Shown: in pieces, positions 59,765 through 64,000 of the stretch | Numbering within the stretch: the first letter of the stretch is position 1 | Layout of the letters: every line of letters begins with the position of its first letter | Source: a candidate division FCPU426 bacterium | GTDB lineage: Bacteria; Oederibacteriota; Muellerivitia; Muellerivitales; Muellerivitaceae | DNA length: 64,000 bases | Reading direction: 5' to 3' | Assembly: GCA_963847625.1 (NCBI GenBank) | Contig: CAWKAR010000057.1 | Span: 40,722 to 104,721, forward strand | Notes under the pieces: model-generated | What the model was told of the DNA's origin: nothing | What the model saw: the letters and a program-made list of their open reading frames with translations, nothing else | Database searches by the model: none | Translations under genes and position numbers: made by a program

Positions 59765-60490
59765 CTATTTGACCACGGTCACAAGGTCCTCGGCCCCCAA
59801 GTAATAAATACCGTGCCCGCCCGTGATCGAGGTGGTGTAGTTGATGCACGCGCCGATCACCGTGTAGGTTCCCGGGGAGGGGAAAGCCGGTGCCGGGACC
59901 GAGGCGGGCGATTTGGCGCTCCAGCATACGCTGGACTCGTAGGTCAGGTTACTGGAGCTGTCCATGACCGCGAAGACGGAGAATACCGGGTTGCCGGGCC
60001 AGGTGACGGTGGATCCGTCCGTGGCAATGGAGGGGGTGGGGGGCATCACCAGGGAAGCGGAAGCCGTGCCGCTGGTTGTCACCGAGGTGAGCGTGTAAGC
60101 GGCGCCTGTGGTGAAGAGGATGTTATTCGCCGTGATGTAATCGGAGTAGTTAGTCCCGTTCATGCTGATGTAGCCGTTCCCGTAGGGCAGCTCCAGGTTC
60201 ATCCCCGGCCCGGTCAAGGTGACCCCGGCGGTGGTGTAAGTGCCGCAATCCACCGTCAGGAGAAGCTCCGCGTAACCCGTGGTGATCCCGTTCGAGACGG
60301 TGGAAATGAGCTGTGCGAATCCCCACATGATGCCGTTGGTACAGGGCGGGGTCTGGGGGGGCGCGTAGCAGGTCGGCGTGGGCGTGGGCCCGGGCGGGGG
60401 CGACACGGAATAGTTTTTCTGGCAGGCCAGGGGGATGGCGGTTAAAAAACAAGCGGTGAGGATAAGGAACAAACCTATATGCTTGGGCAT
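59765..60490 (-). CDS. Hypothetical lipoprotein
   Basis: LTAIPLA-C lipobox, PTPT linker; TATAAT 6 nt before the ATG. Confidence 0.75.
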   Translation of the reverse strand: MPKHIGLFLILTACFLTAIPLACQKNYSVSPPPGPTPTPTCYAPPQTPPCTNGIMWGFAQLISTVSNGITTGYAELLLTVDCGTYTTAGVTLTGPGMNLELPYGNGYISMNGTNYSDYITANNILFTTGAAYTLTSVTTSGTASASLVMPPTPSIATDGSTVTWPGNPVFSVFAVMDSSSNLTYESSVCWSAKSPASVPAPAFPSPGTYTVIGACINYTTSITGGHGIYYLGAEDLVTVVK

Positions 60491-60687
60491 GGGTCAATTA
60501 TACCCAATAGCGGCTGTTTGTAATTCCCTATTTTTCATTTGCCTGGCATGCGAACTACTTTTCTTTTTTCGGTCCCATTCAATCAGCGCAGAGCGCTCGT
60601 AGGGGAAATACCCCCTACGTTACCCCGGCTTAAAACGTATGGCATATTTGCAATAGGGATTTGTTAACAAATGAGAGGACGCTGGCT

Positions 60688-60841
60688 CGTGCCGATCATC
60701 CATAAATATTATTGGAGATCGGTACTGTACCAGCCTCAAAATAAGTCATATGGATGGCTGGCACGTGCCGATCATCCATAAATATTATTGGAGATCGGTA
60801 CTGTACCAGCCTCAAAATAAGTCATATGGATGGCTGGCACG
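60688..60841 (+). repeat. Family A doublet duplicated as a perfect 2 x 76-bp tandem
   Basis: CGTGCCGATCATCCATAAATATTATTGGAGATCGGTACTGTACCAGCCTCAAAATAAGTCATATGGATGGCTGGCA starts at 60688 and at 60764. Confidence 0.92.
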
Positions 60842-61222
60842 CTCCACCCATCCCCCGTCCGAAAACAAAATTCTGAATTTTAAATGTTTAATTCTAAATT
60901 TTGGACCGATTTCCGTATTTCGGAAATCCTCATTCATTCATAATTCATAACTTAGAATTCAAAATTGCCTTTAAAGGGTTCCCTTACGCTTATTGTTAAC
61001 GGGATTTGGGAAGGCCGGTTGTTTAGGCTCTCATGAAGGCACTGCCACACGCTGTGGTGCGTGGGGCCGGGGTTTTAATAAACGCCGTAAAAAAGAAAAC
61101 TATGGTTTGGCCACGGTTTCAGGGGATGCACTCGGATAGCCAAAACATTCATGAAAAACATGAATGAATTTTAAATTTTTAATTATGAATTTTTAATTTT
61201 AAGTAAGCCCATGAATCTCATG

Positions 61223-61300
61223 CATGCCCGCCTTCCATAAATCTAATAAGGTGGCTGGTATCGCACCGATTTCATTAACTGTTTTATTGTGAATCGGCAC
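61223..61300 (-). repeat. Family A doublet, inverted
   Basis: Reverse complement GTGCCGATTCACAATAAAACAGTTAATGAAATCGGTGCGATACCAGCC..GGCGGGCATG. Confidence 0.85.
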
Positions 61301-61399
61301 ATCCGTGGCTAATTTTTTGCGGTTTTTTTTGTTTTTGCAGTTAATTCCTAACTACTGGCTGTCTTTTTAATTGTTTATTCTCCATTTTCCATTGTTCTA

Positions 61400-62008
61400 T
61401 CAGGCTGTGTACTTCAGGATGCCTCGGGAGTCGAAAAGATCCTTCCGGATCAAGAGGAGCTTTTCCACCAGTTCCTGGTCCTGGTCCAGGCTCGCCAGCA
61501 CCTTCCCGATGATCTGGAAGGTCTCCTTCCGGAGGGTTTCTTCCTGGCGCAGGATCATGGGCAGGCTCCGGATGTCAGGCCCGGTCGGCAGATTCAGGGC
61601 CAGCGGGGCGCCCGCCCTCGCGGACAGGATTTCCCACAGGATGCGGAAATGGCGCCGGGCCAGGCCCAAGAGGTGCCAGACCGCGTCGGCGGGTATGTCC
61701 TCCGGGGAGCCGGGCTCGGCGGCGCCGGAAAGAAGCACCAGGCGCCGGTGGGTGGCTTCCAGCGCCTGGAAAAGAAGGGCGGTGCGTTTCAGCGTGATTT
61801 TATTGTAATCACCCTTGTTGAGCAGTTTTTCCAGCGTCTGGGCCTCCTGCCCGCACCGGTTGAAAAGTTCATGGGTGGCCTGGGCGCTCCGGGGGCTGAT
61901 GCGGAAAGCCCGCCCGGCCAGGTGTTGGAAGCCCCGGTTCAATTGCTCCAAGGCGGCTGTTATTTGGTATAGGGATATATAAAATTCCATGGTTCGGCTC
62001 CTTTTCAT
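61400..62008 (-). CDS. Hypothetical all-helical protein
   Basis: GC-rich coding-like ORF in AT-rich flanks; no family recognised. Confidence 0.65.
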   Translation of the reverse strand: MKRSRTMEFYISLYQITAALEQLNRGFQHLAGRAFRISPRSAQATHELFNRCGQEAQTLEKLLNKGDYNKITLKRTALLFQALEATHRRLVLLSGAAEPGSPEDIPADAVWHLLGLARRHFRILWEILSARAGAPLALNLPTGPDIRSLPMILRQEETLRKETFQIIGKVLASLDQDQELVEKLLLIRKDLFDSRGILKYTA

Positions 62009-62220
62009 ATAGACGCCCGAATAGGCAAAAAAGTGACGGAATCCACGGAACACCCAAGTTTGAATGGCTTTTTTGTGATAGGCTTTGCCGCCCTAACTGC
62101 TTTTTTTCGCCCCCTTCCCCTTCTCATGTATGGAGAATGGGTCGCTTGCCTTTGCCTGTTTTTTATAAAACCCCCGGACGAAAAAAAGAAAACCACAATT
62201 TAGCCACGGATTCAGGGGGT

Positions 62221-62603
62221 GTGCCGATTCACCCCTAAAGCAGTTAAGGAAATCGGTACTATACAGGCCATCCGAGGCTGCCAGCCGAGGGTGAAGATTG
62301 CCGGTGCAGAACAATATAAAAATCTGCACCGAACTTTCATTAAACGCTTTAATGAGGTTCGGCATGCACTCGGATAGGCCGAAGAAAAAAGCTTCAAATA
62401 GTTGTTCTTTTAAAACCCCCGGCCCCACGCACCGCATGCCGGGCCGGGCCTTTTAATGGATGGCCCGGCGCATAAAAAGCGCATCCCGGCTTGAAGCCTC
62501 GAAGCATAGGCCTTCCATAAAGATAATATTGGGGCGCCTGTACCGAGCCTGCCAGGAGAGGCGCATATTTGGTTGTGCCGATTCCTTAATTGGAATCGGC
62601 ACA
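62221..62603. repeat. Family A doublet split by an insert (62221-62366), plus single units (62509-62538, 62574-62603)
   Basis: Both hairpins nearly match the reverse complement of 48531-48611. Confidence 0.82.
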
Positions 62604-62651
62604 GCGTGTGGCCGGGGATTTGTAAAAGGCAAAAATAGAAAGAAAAAGTCA

Positions 62652-62690
62652 AAAAAAAGCCCGGAGGCCGCCAGGCCCCGGGCTTTTTTT
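62652..62690. terminator. Bidirectional terminator
   Basis: AAAAAAAGCCCGG..CCGGGCTTTTTT. Confidence 0.7.
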
Positions 62691-62700
62691 CAATACTTTA

Positions 62701-62934
62701 TTAATTGCGGATGACCGGCTTTTTCCCCTTTTCCAGGGGCTTGGCGGCTTTATTGCTTTTGTGGCCCCAGGGCGGGTTCAGGCCCGTTCTGCCCTTCTTC
62801 ACCTTCGGCCTTTCCCTGTTCAATAGGGCGGGTGGAAGGGGCTTGCCCTGGTGGGGCTTGGCCGGGCCGGCAAAGGCCGGTCCCGCCAGGATCAAGGTAA
62901 ACACCGCGGCCAGTAGAATCCTGGGATTTTTCAT
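62701..62934 (-). CDS. Small secreted basic protein
   Basis: AAGGAG RBS; MKNPRILLAAVFTLILAGPAFA signal peptide. Confidence 0.65.
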   Translation of the reverse strand: MKNPRILLAAVFTLILAGPAFAGPAKPHQGKPLPPALLNRERPKVKKGRTGLNPPWGHKSNKAAKPLEKGKKPVIRN

Positions 62935-62978
62935 TTGTTCTCTCCTTTTTAAAATGGGTTCAACCACTCCCATGCAGG

Positions 62979-64000
62979 TTATTGGGGCATGAATTCCAGG
63001 ACCTCGGCAAGCCCGCCGTCCACCACGAACAAATCCCCGGCGGCATCCAACGCCACTCCATCGGGATTGGCAAAATCCCCCGCCCCGATGTTCTCGATGT
63101 AGTTCCCGCTCGTGTCGCACTTGACCACTTCTTGGCTTGACATGTCCGAGATGATGAGGTTGTTCTGGGAATCCACGGCGATCCCGTAGGGCATGCCCAG
63201 GGGAACGGGCCAGGTCGAGCCGTTGAAAGCGTATTGGTAATTCAGGCCCGAATCGCAAACAATGACTTCCGGGGGGCCCTGGGCCGCCACGTAGACATTG
63301 CCGCTCGTGTCCACCGCCACGCCGGTAGGCGCAAAGCCGGTCCCCCCGTACGATGAAATGAGCGTGTCGTTGCTCCAGTTTATGTTGAAGACGTGTTGCG
63401 CGCCGTAGTCCGAGACGACAAGGTTTCCGGAGTTGTCGAACTTGACGTCGATCGGTTTCACCAATGACCCGCCCCCGCTGTAATAGGCCAGGTAATTGCC
63501 GGCGTTCGTGAGGTCATAAACAACCACCACCCCATAGCCGTAATCGGCGACGTAAACGCGGTCGCTGCCGTCGATGGCCATTCCGGAGGGCATGTAGCCC
63601 GCGATGGAATATAAATAATTGAAGCTCCCGTCGAAGACCTGGACATTGCCGTATTGGACGTCGGAAACGGCGATGTAGTTCCCGTCCGGTGAAAACGCGA
63701 TATTCACGGGGAACTCGAAATCCCCGTTGATGCCGTCCGTCCCTGCTTGCCCGAATTTGCCCCAGTAGCCGAAATCCTCCTTGGATTGGACAACCAGGCG
63801 GTAATCGGCGGTGTATTGGCCGGGTAGTTTGGTGTACACCACCACGGTGTATTGCTGGGGGGTGAGGGTCACGCCAGGGAATCCACCGGCGAGTAACCGT
63901 TGGAGGTCGTCACCGGGTTGCCGGCCGAGTCGTAAAGGTCGTATTGGAGCATCGCGCTTCTGGGTCCCGTCGTCGAAACAGTCCAGGGAGATCGAGACGG
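62979..64000 (-). CDS. NHL-repeat beta-propeller protein (5' end off the window; indels near 63870 and 63945)
   Basis: Repeated P.GIAVDS.GN.YV.D motifs. Confidence 0.85.
   Translation of the reverse strand, partial: VSISLDCFDDGTQKRDAPIRPLRLGRQPGDDLQRLLAGGFPGVTLTPQQYTVVVYTKLPGQYTADYRLVVQSKEDFGYWGKFGQAGTDGINGDFEFPVNIAFSPDGNYIAVSDVQYGNVQVFDGSFNYLYSIAGYMPSGMAIDGSDRVYVADYGYGVVVVYDLTNAGNYLAYYSGGGSLVKPIDVKFDNSGNLVVSDYGAQHVFNINWSNDTLISSYGGTGFAPTGVAVDTSGNVYVAAQGPPEVIVCDSGLNYQYAFNGSTWPVPLGMPYGIAVDSQNNLIISDMSSQEVVKCDTSGNYIENIGAGDFANPDGVALDAAGDLFVVDGGLAEVLEFMPQ

Noticed and set aside
60688..60841. CRISPR array
   Set aside because: Units are CRISPR-repeat sized but alternate in orientation, have no unique spacers, and no cas genes are present.

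Overview
64 kb of chromosome from a diderm bacterium, probably anaerobic. The taxon cannot be determined from sequence alone; the Thr/Pro-repeat secreted proteins and the PorV/FlgD-type pair suggest a poorly studied lineage. In order, the window holds: a truncated Thr/Pro-rich secreted protein; an arsR-arsM-acr3-arsC-C_GCAxxG_C_C operon; a group-2-like sigma70 behind a consensus sigma54 promoter; a Pho regulon block (lipoprotein, porin, pstSCAB-phoU, phoR/phoB, receiver protein, PHP phosphoesterase) with visible 11-bp-period Pho-like boxes; kdpDE with no adjacent kdpFABC; pit plus DUF47; an Ech-type [NiFe] hydrogenase operon (echA and echB apparently fused) with hypAB; pilD, an ExeA-like ATPase and a TPR protein; a PorV-like barrel with a lectin/192-bp-repeat/FlgD-type cargo; ECF-promoter genes; four paralogous small beta-barrel proteins with different fused domains; a WecA-like enzyme, a STAS protein, a pilin, a RelE/Phd toxin-antitoxin pair, a membrane-anchored pentein enzyme, an IS1380 inserted exactly at a start codon, and NHL proteins. 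The most unusual signal is non-coding. At least three families of dispersed, modular hairpin repeats cluster in intergenic hot spots (about 14.5, 18.3-18.9, 48.2-48.9, 60.7-61.3 and 62.2-62.6 kb). The main family is a 35-38 nt hairpin with compensatory stem changes, arranged as tail-to-tail doublets. Several small indels in conserved genes (pstS, pstB, echAB, NHL gene), mostly in short homopolymers, look like long-read errors.
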